Origin: Camelus dromedarius
Taxonomy: Eukaryota
Length of the DNA stretch: 64,000 nt
Direction: 5' to 3'
NCBI RefSeq assembly: GCF_036321535.1
Contig: NC_087449.1
Location: forward strand, 23,188,001-23,252,000
Each line of letters begins with the position of its first letter. The first letter of the stretch is position 1. This document shows positions 38,085 through 51,230 of this stretch, piece by piece. A program made the translations under genes and the position numbers. The notes under the pieces are model-generated. The model worked only from the letters and a program-made list of their open reading frames with translations, had not been told where the DNA came from and ran no database searches.

Positions 38085-38559
38085 TGTGGCAGATACGCTA
38101 TGTAGACATACAGGTGTGCTACCCTTGGACCCTTTGACCATTTTCCCATCTCCTACCCTGCAGGTCCTCGTCCCCACATCTGTGGGCCTGCCTCTCATGG
38201 ACCATACCTGTGACTCTCTTTGATGGACACTCCTTGGCCTGCTAAAACCTCTCTGCCCAGCCCTAGCAGAAGGCAGAAAATGACTAAGGAATATGAAAGT
38301 CCATCTCCCTTTCTTGAGCCCGGGCAAACTCTGCAGTGTAATTTATACTTCTAAGCCCTCCCCAACCCCCTGACCCTGCCCACAGGATTAGGTGGAGGCT
38401 GGAACTTCACCTAAAATCCAACCCTTGCTTACTTTCTCCTCCTTCCTCATCCCGTTTTCCTCACTTCCTCGATAGTTTCTCCTGAGAGTTTGTCCTTAAT
38501 AAATTACCAACCCACCAACGCTCAGCTCAGTGTCTGATGGAGAACCCAATCCAAGTCCA
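38085..38559 (+). mobile_element. ERVL solo LTR (LTR16-like)
   Basis: Starts tgtggcagat; ends ttctcctgagag...ccttaataaatta...gagaacccaatccaag. Confidence 0.65.
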
Positions 38560-38689
38560 GGACTCAAATTGTTTTTACACCTGTACCCCAACCCAGGCCC
38601 CGTAGGCATTCAACACCTTAATTAAAACTGACACTGAGGGTGAGCTGCTGTAGGAGCACAAAGCAAGCCGAGGAACGCGAGGCCTTTAC

Positions 38690-38858
38690 CTAGAGTGGCC
38701 AGCTGTTTGAAGTGCAGGCAGGCGCTAGGCTGGCCCAGGAGGTCCAGCCGGTGGTACAGCAGCTTGCTGCTGGGGACAGTGTTGAGGTTCTTCAGTTGTT
38801 TGACAGGTATTTCCGGTTGTATCACCACAATGCAGAGAATAAAAGAAGTGTCTTGTAC
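38690..38858 (-). CDS. CACHD1: CACHD1 exon 13: VQDTSFILCIVVIQPEIP...HFKQLATL(E)
   Basis: ttccag| acceptor, G|gtaaag donor, 169 nt; ORF 38622..38897. Confidence 0.96.
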
Positions 38859-41800
38859 CTGGAAAAAAATCAAGAGAATTTCTTTTACAGAAAACAAAGG
38901 CTTCTGGGGATGGAGACTTTAGCTACAGTGTTTTCTGCGGTTTCTGTCTCCCCCGACCCCATAGGAAAATATTTGGTGATTGAATGAAAGGCAGGAAGAT
39001 GGGGTAATAGGAATGGTTCTGACAAAGGATAACACTGTCTACTTTCTATTTTCCCTTCTGACCGAGGGAAATCAATTTCAGTAACAGAAAATCATGGAGC
39101 TAATGAAGGGATTAGGACACGGTCCCTTTGAAACAGCGACCCTCGTCCCCTTCTGCTTGCTTAAGCTAATGGATACAAGCTGGAACGTGGCATAAGAATA
39201 CAACACTTAATTTCTGTTTGGGTTTGAAGTGTGTTTAAAAATATATCATTAGTTTTGCAACGAGTGTTCCGAGAACTGACTATTTTAAATGCCAATGATG
39301 AATCCACACACACAGCCCGTGGAGAATCTGGTTTATTCATTCAGTTCCCCACGAGCGCTTTCTCTTCTCTTGGTTGGAGATGACAAGGACGTCAGACTCA
39401 TGAAAAGTGCAAATCCTATGGCTCCCTCACAAAGCCAGCTTGACTTGGCCTTTCAGATGGGGGATGGCAAACGTGTTGTAGCTTGGCCAAATTTAGGCTC
39501 CTGTCTAGAGAGAGACAGGAGTACTTTCAAATTCGCTTTGCTTCTAGAAATGGATGCTTGAATAAAATTTGGTGGCAAAAAATGTCTACCAAAGAATCAA
39601 AAGCCAAGGAAAGCTACTTATCTAGCTCCCTGACTTAAAAATACAAGAAAGCCACACTTCTCTAAGTCCATTATATTGGGAGGTGAACAGAAACTGTTTA
39701 AAAGATGGCTTGTAAATAAACGTAAGGAGTAATAACCGGTTAAGTCAGAACTAAAGGGTAGCCAGAACCAAAGTAGCTGAAAAGATTTACTTAATGATCA
39801 AGGAGAAAGTTTTTAACCAGGCAGGTTAGAGTTAAGTGCAATGTAGAGTTTATGAGAATGGTTGCAGAATCTTTTTAAACACAGGGGAAATTTGCATCTT
39901 CCTGGAATTGCTTTCAAGTACTGCTGCCAAGGATATTCAATTAGATTAGCAAATTTAATCCTCTTCCTCCACCCAACAAATTGGGAAGTGACAAAGTGTT
40001 CTGAAGTGGCAACGACTATTTCCTTCTTTCCATCTCACACAGGCATCCTTTGAGCCTGTTTCCTGTGTGGCATGTTCTAAGGAACCAAAAGACAAAACGT
40101 TTACCGGAATGATCAGAATATAATTTTATAATTCAGTTATTTCTTTAAGAGAGAGAAAAAAAAAATCACTCTAACCACCTAAAAGCAACACTTCATAAAT
40201 AGTTCTTAGCTGAAAAGGAAAACAGATTTCAGTACAGGTTTTTCTATCATGTCCTTAGCTGAAAAAAGAGTCTCTGCACTGAGGAGCTCTGCAATGTATC
40301 CAGGAGAGTTCTCCATGACTGGGGGTGGGGGGTGTGTTCTGTTTTTATCCACTGATTGTCCATAGGATTCGTGCGTTCACATGAACCATGCCTGTGTAAC
40401 ACAGGAATAGTGCAGTATCTTCTGAGAGTCAATATTTCCTCCTGTGTCAGCGTGCAGCTCCCCAAATCCTCAAAGATGGGCTTGAGTTACTCAGTGACAG
40501 AGCAGCAGTCTCAACACTGCTAACCTCATCTCTCGTTACATTTGATTCAGGACAATAATCCACCAGTATCTGCCATAGCTATGGATGCTAAGCTAGTTTA
40601 ACCAGTTATTATCAACATAGATAAGCTAAATCTATTTAAATTATATTTAGTGAAGGAATCCATTTCATTCCTGAGGACAAGATGAGTACCTACTTCCCCC
40701 TCTCCCCAAAGTAACTGAAGACAGCTTAAAAACACTTTCTCTTTTTGCCGGGTAACCAGGCAAGCCTTTTAGACTTCAATCTCACTATTTGCCACCTCTT
40801 TAATTTTTCACTTAACAGTGATATTCTTGACAATTTCAGAACTCTGAGAAAGCTACCACTTCTACCTGAAGTTATTTATATCCATTTGGTTAAGTAGAGT
40901 GACAAGAATTTACCAGCATCACTGAAGAAAGACTGTCTTAAGAAGATACTGCTTTCCAAAATGTTAACATTAGGTTTATTTACTATATAAAGAAGGTCGT
41001 AAAATGCCTCCATTTCCTCCTTTCTCTTTTAATGCCAACAAATATTAATGTATAGATCCTTTCCCCGGATGTAACTGAATTGCTTTCAATCAGGGTACAC
41101 TGTTGGTAAACAATCTCCAACAGCAAATATAAAAGTATTTTCCAATTCAGAATTCTGGTGTCACTCTTCCTGATGTGAAATTTAAGCAATTGGTCTTTAC
41201 TTTAAAATTGTATAATTATAAAAATAAGGGCAGATGGTGCAATCATTCTCAAAAAAAAATTCCTGAATGTGAGCTGACTCAGAGGGTTTCAAAATAGACT
41301 TTAATCTTTTCCAAAATCTGTATTATCAGTAAAATATCAATAGAATTAGGCTTGTGAATGTAAGTTTCTCAAATGGTCTCATTTGTTACTTTGTTAGTTT
41401 TCATTTCCACTTTAGAGGTTGCTGTTTCCTTATGATGACACTTCAAGAATGAAACAAGGTCAGAGGACAGTCTAAAGGCACGTCGGATACCCCTGATCCC
41501 TATCATCCTATGCAGACACAGTACGGAGCTGCTGAGTTGTCTGCACCCACTGCTAAGCTGGATACTCCATGAGGGGCAGAGAAGGTATCATCCTTCCTCA
41601 TCCTTCTCAGCTCATAGTCAGTGTTCAAGAAGCAGTTCTCAAAGGGATGAATAAACAGATGCATTTGGAGTCAACGACAGGCAAAACACCAGATATGGCT
41701 GTCCAAGGGGATCTCAAGTACGACTGCATTTTAAGTTTCATGATAAATATTTGATGATAAAAATCCAAGTCCACTCTTCTTTTGGTCAATTACAGCACTT

Positions 41801-42448
41801 AGGGCCCCATAATAGCATTGTGATGCTATGCTTAGACGAGGGAGTGGAGGACAAAGACGTAAGTAAGGTGGACAGTGTGTGTTAAGATTCTATTTCTCTA
41901 TGACTCTTCGAGGCCTAGCATCTGAACGAGGCTAGTGAAAGAAAGCAGAAGTGGGTACCACAGTTATGGTTAAACTGTCAATCTGCTTGTGATGTCGGGA
42001 CACAATCTAAATGTGTATTCATAGGGGACTGTTTAAAGAAATTTGGTCCATCTATATAATGCAATACTACAGAGCCGTTAAAGTTCTGTACACACACACA
42101 CGCACATACACACAGAGATTCATGCCTGTGTGTGAATAATAATTTTCTGGAACTTGATCAAAGTGGTTATTTCTGAGAAATGGAAGGTCCAAGTCAGGAG
42201 GGGGAAGGACACAGTTCACTTTCCACTTTATATTTTTTTATATGGTTTGATTTACTCATCATGAACAATGACTGGTTTTATAAACAAAAAAAGGAAAAAA
42301 AATAATTTCTGTGGAATTGCTTCTCTTTTTCCAATCACTTTAACACTGATTAGTATCACTGTCGGACCGAAGTTCCCCAGAATTCCCGCGTAAGGAAGAA
42401 GTCAGAGCCCCGCAGCTCTGCAGGCAAAGGAGGCTTCCTCCCGCTCAC

Positions 42449-42566
42449 CATCTTCCAGGCGTAGCTGACGTTGTAGGCCTCCTTTCCAGTTTCCCTCAGC
42501 TTGTTTATGTGCCAGGACAGGGATGAATTCACAGGGACTGCGATAATCTGGCTGCCCAGAGGGAGG
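42449..42566 (-). CDS. CACHD1: CACHD1 exon 12: (S)LPLGSQIIAVPVNSSLSWHINKLRETGKEAYNVSYAWKM
   Basis: acacag| acceptor, ATG|gtgagc donor, 118 nt; ORF 42356..42601. Confidence 0.96.
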
Positions 42567-43382
42567 CTGTGTTGGCAAACAGAATGAAATACTTCAGGCA
42601 AAAGATAAAATGAAGCCCTTAATTAAAGGCAGGGAAGATGCTCCGAGTCAGTGACCACCTCCTGATTCTGAAAAGCAATGACGCTCATCACTTTTGAAAG
42701 AGATAATGTGAGATTTTCAATTCTGTAAAAGCATTATGTCAGCTCTGCGCTGAAAACATTCCTTACTCTCTACCCTGCACCCTCCTCCCAATTCTAATTC
42801 TTTCCAGAGACTAACTTGTCTCAAATCACTCAGTCATTAATTTACAACCAATGAGCACAAAGACCTGTTTCTCCATAGGTTACCATCTGCCAAAATAATG
42901 TATCACGGTTGGAAAAAATCCAATCTGTTCCTTATTTTGAGAGAAAATGTTGTATGATTGCGCTGTCAACTTGGAATGGACACCACTTTGCCAAGTGGTT
43001 TTTCTGGCACGCTGTAGAGCTGGTCCTCGACTTAACCTTTTCTTTTGCCAACGTTTTTCAATTTGGTATAACTGGCAAATTTTTTTTTTAAAATGAGATA
43101 AGATAGATTTGATTTTTACAATTAAAGGCCATGTGAACACAAGAATTTGATTTACAAGACATTTCCCCGAAATAATAGTTTTTAAGAGAACCTTACCTAT
43201 TTCACAAAGTAAACAAAATTTTGGCTACTATTCTTGGAGAAAAATTACTGAGAATAATTTTGATAGCATTAAAATAATCTATATACTCTTGTTTTCTATT
43301 CTATTATAAACACTCATATTTGACTTAATGGGTCCTACTCTCAGAGAAAAACAAAACATGACCACCCTCACCTTTTCCTTAC

Positions 43383-43506
43383 CTTAGGATATTTTGCCGA
43401 ACCAACTCAAATTTTGGGATATTTTCATAGTGAATGATGTCAGTATGAAGGGGGGGTTCTGACAGTAAATATGGCCTGGTAAGAGATGGGTGCATAAGGG
43501 TATACC
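43383..43506 (-). CDS. CACHD1: CACHD1 exon 11: (G)YTLMHPSLTRPYLLSEPPLHTDIIHYENIPKFELVRQNIL(S)
   Basis: tttcag| acceptor, AG|gtaagg donor, 124 nt; translated by hand, not in the ORF track in this frame. Confidence 0.94.
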
Positions 43507-44179
43507 CTGAAATAAGAAAACAGAAACACATGCTATGGGAAACATGTAGGAAGTACTGATTCTAATAAAAGTGCCCATCATGGGTTTGAAATGTGGGATA
43601 CTCTGGGATGACTGCCCAACACTCAACTTCTCAGTCTGTAACTCTCCAGTCTAATAAAAATTCAGTTTGTTTTATGTGTTCTTGCATAAAACTCTGGAAG
43701 TGTAGAAAGATGTCTTAAATTATCAGACATTTGTCTAATCAAGAATATTTTGGAGGTATTGGTCATTTGGTTTTCATTTTATAAAATGTTCTAATCTATC
43801 ACGTAAACCTTAATGCCAGTAAATCTAAAGATAACAATAGAGACAAAAAAAAAAAAAAAAGACAGACCAAAACCCACCCCCCCAAACCACCAAAGAATCA
43901 CATTCGATGTGTAACTCAACTGTCAAGTCTAATTTTCTGATGTTACAAAATAACTGTTACCTACTTCTCAACACAACACAGAAACAAATGCCTGATTTTC
44001 AGGTTCATTCTGCCATCTTTACAGTGTTCTATGAGAAATGAGTAGCTCCAGTCACACTGTTTTTCTATAAAAACTCTCACTTCCCTACTTTATTTGTTAG
44101 TATCAGAATAGCTACAGATGCTTTTCTTCAGGCTGTTGAGGAAATCGTTCTTTCCTATGATTAATTTTTAGCAGGTTAC

Positions 44180-44329
44180 CTTTGTCATCTATGAGAAAAG
44201 TGTAGGAAGCCAAAGAGTCTTGGTAATACGTCACATCTTCAAGGATGTAAGCCAGGTTCACATCCACACCTACAATTCCCAGAAGGAGGTTTCCAAAATA
44301 ACAGGGTTTACTCACGGTCATTATCAGAC
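44180..44329 (-). CDS. CACHD1: CACHD1 exon 10: (G)LIMTVSKPCYFGNLLLGIVGVDV...FLIDDK(G), Cache region
   Basis: tcctag| acceptor, G|gtaacc donor, 150 nt; ORF 44112..44378. Confidence 0.96.
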
Positions 44330-45092
44330 CTAGGAGTAAAAAATAAAAACAATTCAAAAAACAAACAAAACAATTCAAAGGCTAGCAGAGAAGGCACTGA
44401 ACAAAGACTAAGCACTGTGCTGTGTGCTTGAGTGAATCCTGAAGGCCAGGATCCCCCATCTCAGTTCCGTGCTGAAGAAAGGTTTCCCTTGTGACTCTGT
44501 CACCAAGCCCCACCTTTGCAGACAGCATTAAGTGAGTCAGACTGCAAGGAACACGGAGTCCTTTGGGGATTCAGATATCTTAGTTAACGTAAATGGAAGC
44601 AAGCTGCACATTCTCCACAATTTTTTCACCTAACAGGATATGACATTCCAGATCAGTGTAAAACGTCAGTGGCACTTAATGCATCATTCTACCTCCCGAA
44701 GTGAGGAAGGCCCCGCTGCGTCTGAAAGACCGCTGGACGAGGAATCTCCAAATTCCGGGTTCTAGCCCTACTATATCCCTTGTGTATCATTTATATGACA
44801 CTAGACATAACTCTGAGCCTTGATTTTCATGTCTATTTAAAGGACACAGTAGTAACTGCCTTACTAATTTCTAGGGGTCATTCAATGAAAGAGCTTATGG
44901 ATAAAGAAAAGCTTATAAGGTATTACAGTTTATTAACGTATTAATGCATTTTATTGGAAACAGGAAGATGACGGAAAAAAAAACCACCTAGAAAGGTACA
45001 GAATCTTATTACCTGACCACTTAGAACTCTGAGTAGGTAAAGGAGTCACTAAGTTTTCAAAGGAATGTATTTCTAGTCACTTGGGCTGGGAG

Positions 45093-45240
45093 TTCGGCAT
45101 TTGTACGTAAAGGGTCAGGAAATATTTTAGGCTTTGTGAGCCAAAAAGTTTCTGTTGCATACACTTTTTTTGTTTCTTTTTTTAAACAAAGCTTTGAAAA
45201 TGTAAAAACCCTTCTGAGCTCTTAAGCCATACAACAACAA
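45093..45240 (+). mobile_element. hAT-Charlie relic (MER58-like)
   Basis: gtaaagggtcaggaaatattttaggctttgtgagcca...aaaatgtaaaaacccttctgagctc...gccatacaacaaca. Confidence 0.55.
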
Positions 45241-45729
45241 TAGGACAATTAGGGGAACGTTCAGAAGGAGAGGGCAGGAATGGTGGTCAGCGTACAGCCC
45301 AGGCATCAGAACGGCTGGGCTCTCCTGGTTCTGCTGCCACCTCTCCCAGTGCGTCTCTTCCTATATCAGAGGGGGAGCTGAGACAAAGTGATCTCTAGGA
45401 CCCTAGATTCTGCCGTCCTACGGCTCTAAGTACAACTCAAAACAAAAAGATGGATAACTTCTCTCCAGCTTGCTCTTGTACTTTCCGGTGCTTGATGACA
45501 CATTCATGCCTTAGCGGCGTATCAGAAAGCCATTCTTCTATCAACACCTAGGAAAGGAATTTGGATAATCTTGAAGAACTTCTACAGAGACACCGTGTTT
45601 GATGTAAACTCAAAGTATTACTGAGCTGCTGTGACTGCAAAGGCCAACTGAATGCATCACTGGTGCATCACTGGTGGAGGAAGAAGCGGATACAACACTG
45701 AAAAACTCTGTGAAACATTACGCCCGGTT

Positions 45730-45992
45730 ATAGGATAAGTAAGTTCTGGGGATGTAATGTGCGGTACAGGGGCTACAATTAAGAACACAGGATTGCGTAT
45801 TTGCAAGTTGCAAAAAGAGTAGATCTTAAAAGTTCTCAACACAAGAAAAAAACTTGTGAGGCGATAGGTGTTAACTAAGCTGATTGTGGTAATTATCTTG
45901 CAACATATACATGTATCAAATCATTATGTTGTACACCCACCATTAATGCCACATTGTATGTCAATTATTTCTCAGTAAGACAGGAAAAAAGG
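45730..45992 (+). mobile_element. L1 3' end (L1MA9-like)
   Basis: ataagtaagttctggggatgtaatgtgc...gagtagatcttaaaagttctcaacacaag...tcaaatcattatgttgtacacc...ctcagtaagacaggaaaaaa. Confidence 0.8.
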
Positions 45993-48319
45993 AAAGTTAT
46001 ACAATGGGTGGCTATAATCGTTTCAGAAGCATTCTTTAAGCAGTCAACATTTAGAATGCTATCTATCAGTTTTAAAGCATTTAAAGATAATAGGTTTTTA
46101 AGAAGGTTTTCAAAATGCCTCTCGGAGGAGGTTTCTGCCCAGGTGTCTCTGGACGAAGGGGTCATAAGTGGCAGCATCAGCAGTGCGAGGGCCAGCAGGG
46201 AGACAGAGGTCGTAGTCCACGCGCAGCACTCCCCTGGGCTTCAGCCTAAGATTAAAGCCATTTTCAGAGAGCAGTAAAGTACAGCAGACATACTCTAGAG
46301 ACCACACGCTCACTTCAAATTTCTATTCTCCACTGTATACAGAGAGCAAACCTGATAAAAGAAACAGTCTTACTTTTCAATTATCCTATTGTGGCAAATA
46401 AAATATGCTAAGCTCTTGCCACACTTAATGAAACCCCCAAATGCCCTCCCTACTTTAACCTAAAGCACACAGACTTGCATTGTAAAATAAATACGTACAG
46501 TAACTGATATTTTAATCTGCAGAGGTTTTGAATTAGAGTCAGGTAAACACAAGTTTCCCTAGGTGCCCCGTCCTCTTGTCATGGAGTTAAAGGGGTCGTC
46601 ACCCAATAATTCTAGGGACTGAAGATGTGAAGATGAAAATGACACACGCTAGTAGGGGAATGCGACAGACCAGTAAACCTATCTGAAATCCACTGCATAG
46701 GAGTCATAAATCGGGCCCGGAGGACTAAACTTTGGAACACATCAGCCAACAGGGAACCAAAGATTTGCACATAATTTGATTTAAAGCATTCATGGTAGCT
46801 TTCTGACTTGCAGAGTAAATTTCAGAAAGGGTTCTACTCTACCTGACACAGCTAATAGGAACAGAATTTGATGGCATAATCCTTGGTGCTTGTATAGGAC
46901 TCAGCTTCTACACCTGTCTCTGTTCCTTCCACACAGAATTATCATGATTCATTTAACCGTCTTTGTCTTATCAGACCTGAATGCTTGTTGAGGGTGGGAT
47001 ATGTGTCTCACCCAGCACTGCCTGACAGAGCTTGGCTGGCATGCAGTCATGATGGTTAAATGCATAACAGGTCACTCGCATTTAAGACTTGACATTTCCC
47101 TGTGAAAGAAAATAGCCTTATCTAAAGGTGGGACTTTTCTATTCTATACACACCTGTGGGCTCTGTCAGAAACAGGAAGGAATAAAAAAAAAAACTGAGG
47201 TGTAGCAGTAGCTACCATGTTTCTTCCTTACAGTAAGAACATGTTTACCTAATTTCTAGAAAAAGTAGTCTCTGTAAGGCTTGTTATCTTTCACACATGA
47301 CTTTTCTCTGAGTATCTATTTCTGAGAGTTCCTAGTTAATGGAACACAAAAGCAAGACCTCATACGGTGATGCTGTCTGCCTAGTAATTAGCTGCCTCTT
47401 CAATTTTTTCTATCAAGAAAGAAGAGAGGGAAGGATGTGAGGGGAAAAGATAGGCAAGATGAGGAGGAAAAAAAAAAAAAGGTTGTGTTTTTGCTGAGCA
47501 CACACTGTTGGCCAGGCGTTGTTGGAGGTGCTTTACAGACACCAGGGCATTTCATCTTCTCAACTGCTATGAGGGAAACATTCCCTCTCCCATTTAAAGA
47601 CCAAAAAAATTTAATTAGGTGAGGGTTAAACACTCTACCCACTATCATATTATGGGTAACTTGTGACATGAGGATGATGATGATAGTAACAATAACAAGG
47701 ATAAAATAATCAATAAATTAAGCAAGGGCAGTCATTATCATTGAGAGGTAGGCTGGGCTCTAATAGGTCTTATAATCCTGGTAACTGAAATATTTGTTAC
47801 ATAAAAGATGTCATTTTAACAGGTGACCAAATGTGAATTAATGAGATTAAATAAATTAGCAAGGATAACAACTTAAGTGGTAGAGCGGGATCTGAAATCC
47901 TGTCAATACCAAGCCCGTATTTGTTTGACTACATCGTATTGCTTTGCCTTCAAGGCTGAATCCTAAGCACCTTATTTATTTATTTACCACTGCTCCACAA
48001 AATTACTCTTTAGTTCCAATTCACTAACTTTTAGATATTGGGGAATCCTCACAAAGCTTCCCAAGTAGATAAACCCATTGTGTCGACCGAGGCTGGGACA
48101 ATGAGGAAGAAACAGGGCTGGGGATACAGTGCCACCAGGTAAATGACAGGGGGCTGGCTGCACCACGCTCTGACCGGGGAAAGGCATGTCCACTCCCGTG
48201 CCTGTCCAGACCCCCTTAGAGCTCACATGGCGAATAGCGAACGACATTTAAAAGTTACTGTCAGACGTATGTCCATTGCTTTTCCCCTTCCTTTAGTAGG
48301 AACTTTTCTCCAAACTTAC

Positions 48320-48553
48320 CATCCCCCATCTCGTCAGAGAAAGGGAGGCTGAAGACAGCTTCATCAATCATCCGGTTGGGCAGGTTGGTGTAGAACCTGC
48401 CGACCGTGGTCTCCAAGTTACTCAACTGGTTCAGCACCATCATGCTGCCCTTAATCACCGGCACGGCCGCCCGCTCCAGCACGCCGTACTTCCCCGAGTT
48501 CTGCTCAGCCAGGTCTCTCAGGAAAGCCAGCTCTTTCAAACCAGTCACCCCGT
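48320..48553 (-). CDS. CACHD1: CACHD1 exon 9: (D)GVTGLKELAFLRDLAEQ...FSDEMGD(G)
   Basis: tttcag| acceptor, G|gtaagt donor, 234 nt; ORF 48261..48755. Confidence 0.96.
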
Positions 48554-49967
48554 CTGAAACAGAAAGCCCAGGGAAGACAGGGTGAAACAAAATGGTGTGT
48601 GTCGATAAAATAACTTTGCCATTTAGATCCAACAAAGGTCTAGATGACGTCTTAACAATGCCAAAGGGGTCTCTGCAGAGACAACCTGGACTCGGGACGC
48701 AGATACCAGTTCCTGCTGAGGCACAAAGCCTGAGGCTCCACCTTTCCTCAGACACTCAAGAGGGGGCAAAGGGAGTCTTCAAAAGGCAATGATGAAAAAC
48801 ACATGAGTAAATATAAAAGCGCCCTATTCAGCAAGGATGCTCTTCCCTAGAAGGTTAATTATAAAATTTAAATTGCTTTTCTGCCTTTAATATTTGGAAG
48901 CAAAAGTAATGATTAACAAGCCTGCATTTAATTTAAATTAGTAGATGAAGTTGTAGGAGCTTTAAAGGACAGAGGTTTACCATTTCATTTCTTACCTCTT
49001 TGCCTATTAAATACTTGCCAAATTCTCATGCAACTAAATGAAAGAATTATGGATTGTATTTAGTGATGCCTCCAAACCCTGTTTCTTTAAGCTCATTTTA
49101 ATTACAAATGTTTTCATGCTTTATGTTGTTAGGATAATACTGGGTTTGATTTACTCAACATATATTTTTTATGTTTAGAGAGTTTAAAAATCTTTGTAAA
49201 AGATTTAGGCAGACTGGGATGTACTGTCCTACAACATCTGTAACCTATAGCACAGAAATAAATCTAATAAACCCTTTTTAAAATTTTGGTTTGCTATTGT
49301 TGGAACTCAGTCAAAAGGATTAGTAACTGATCCCATATGGGTACCACTGTAAACAAATTCAAATGATTTCAGTCACTACTGAGATTCTACTGATGAGTTT
49401 TTAAAAAGTTTTGCTTCATGTTCTTGAACTGTTTAGTCATTAAAAAAAAAAATCTGAAGAGTTCACGGATCACCTACCTTACGGGACTTTATCATTTCTA
49501 AATTGGAAGTGTACACACTTCCACCTTGGAAGTCCATTTCTAAAGTCATCCCAGGATCTAATGGATGTAATTTTTTTTCTTAACAGATTTTATTTAGATA
49601 ATTTGGAATTTGCTCCACTCAAGCAATGCTAAAAGTAACGTCAGAGCCAGATTATTGTCGCCTTTGTCTGACAGAGAGTTGAGATGAGAAGTGAGTGAGT
49701 GGTATACTCCAGAGTAAAAGACAACACAAAAGATGCGACTGATCCCTGATCTTCTACCTTAAAGAAGCTCAAAGAGGTGAGTGATAAAAGGAGACAACTC
49801 AGTGCATTAAATACATTTCCTTTCTTTGTCATGTACTGTTTGGCTCTCTCAAAACGTAAAAGAAAAGTAACAAACAGAACACCTACTAGACAAAGAAGAA
49901 CAGTGTGGGATGAAAGATATCAAAGATCCAGTATTTTACGTTATTCCATTGTGAAACGTTAAAAAGG

Positions 49968-51230
49968 GGTGGCAGACTGGATTATTCTATCATCAACATG
50001 GTGATGCTGGACACTACATTTCCCAGAATCTCACTTTTTGCAATGCTTCCAGGTCAAAGGTGGCCAAAAGTGAAGTGTTGTAAGATTTGAGAGGTTAAGT
50101 GAGAGATGTTAAGAGACAGACATGAAGGACCAGAATGTTCCAGTTCATCCCACTCTTCTGATTTGTGTTCAGTTCCCTTTCCCACCTGCTGGCTTGCTCA
50201 ACAAGGGCAACCCCAGGTCCACTCCAGATGCTTCACTGAGAATTCACAGGGTTAGCAGCCAGGAAGAGCCAACAACCTCTCACAGACTTCTGCACCAGAC
50301 CTCCTAAGTGGTCTTCAGTGTTGCCAGCTTCCAGACATCCCTGCAAGCTCCAACTTGTCTACCCAGACCATAGCTGGTTAATAAACTGAGTTGTCAACTC
50401 CTCTTTCTGCATCTTTACTCTTCCAGTTTTCCCCACAATTGTGTACATGCTTATTTTTTCTTAATTGAAATATTGTTAATTTACAATATTGCATTAGTTT
50501 CAGGTATATAGCAAAATGATCCAGTTATAGATATCTTTTTCAGATTATTTTCCATTATATTTTCCATTATGACAAGATACTGAATATAGTTTCCTGTGTT
50601 ATTATAATAAATCCTTCTTGCTTGTCTATTTTATGTATAGTAGTTTGTTAATCTCATACTAATTTATCCCTTCCCCACTTCCCCTTTGGTAACCATAAGT
50701 TTGTTTTCTATGTCTGTAAGCCTGTTTGTTTTGTATATAGTTCATTTGTCTTATTTTTTAGATTTCATATATAAGTGATATCATATAATATTTTTCTTTT
50801 CTGGTTTACTTCACTTAGTATGATATCCTCTAGGTCCATCCATATTGCTGCATATGGCAATATTTCCCTTTTTATGGCCGAGTAATATTCCACTTTGTAT
50901 ACATATGAACATACCATATCTAAGGCCAATCATCTGTAGATGGGCACCTGGGTTGTTTCCATGTGTTGGCTATTGTCAGTAGTGTTGCTATGAACACTGG
51001 GGTGCATGTGTCTGTTCAAATTAGAGTTTTTGTCTTTTCTGGATATAAGCCTAGGAGTGGGATTGCTAGATCATATGGTATGTCTATTTTTAGTTTTCAA
51101 GGGAAACTTCACACTGTTTTCGATAGTGGCTACACCAATTTTCATCCACACCATTTATTCTAATAACAAATTTGTTATACTGAAATTTTCACAATGGCTC
51201 TGCTTCCTTCTCTGAGCCCTGACTGATAGA
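49968..51230 (+). mobile_element. ERVL-class solo LTR (LTR41/LTR52-like) split by the L1 at 50451-51152
   Basis: 5' gtggcagactgg, internal gctggacactacatttcccagaatc, ccccacaattgtgta before the L1, and terminal ggctctgcttcc...ccctgactgataga after it; family from memory. Confidence 0.55.
50451..51152 (-). mobile_element. Cetartiodactyl-type L1 3' fragment inserted in an LTR
   Basis: T-rich start then ttaatttacaatattgcattagtttcagg, tccctttggtaaccataagtttgttttctatgtctgt, gttgctatgaacactggggtgcatgtgtct, cttcacactgttttcgatagtggct. Confidence 0.85.

Noticed and set aside
45653-45675. Tandem 11-mer tgcatcactgg x2 and similar tiny duplications (aaatctgac x2 near 6224)
   Set aside because: Ordinary slippage duplications with no functional signal.
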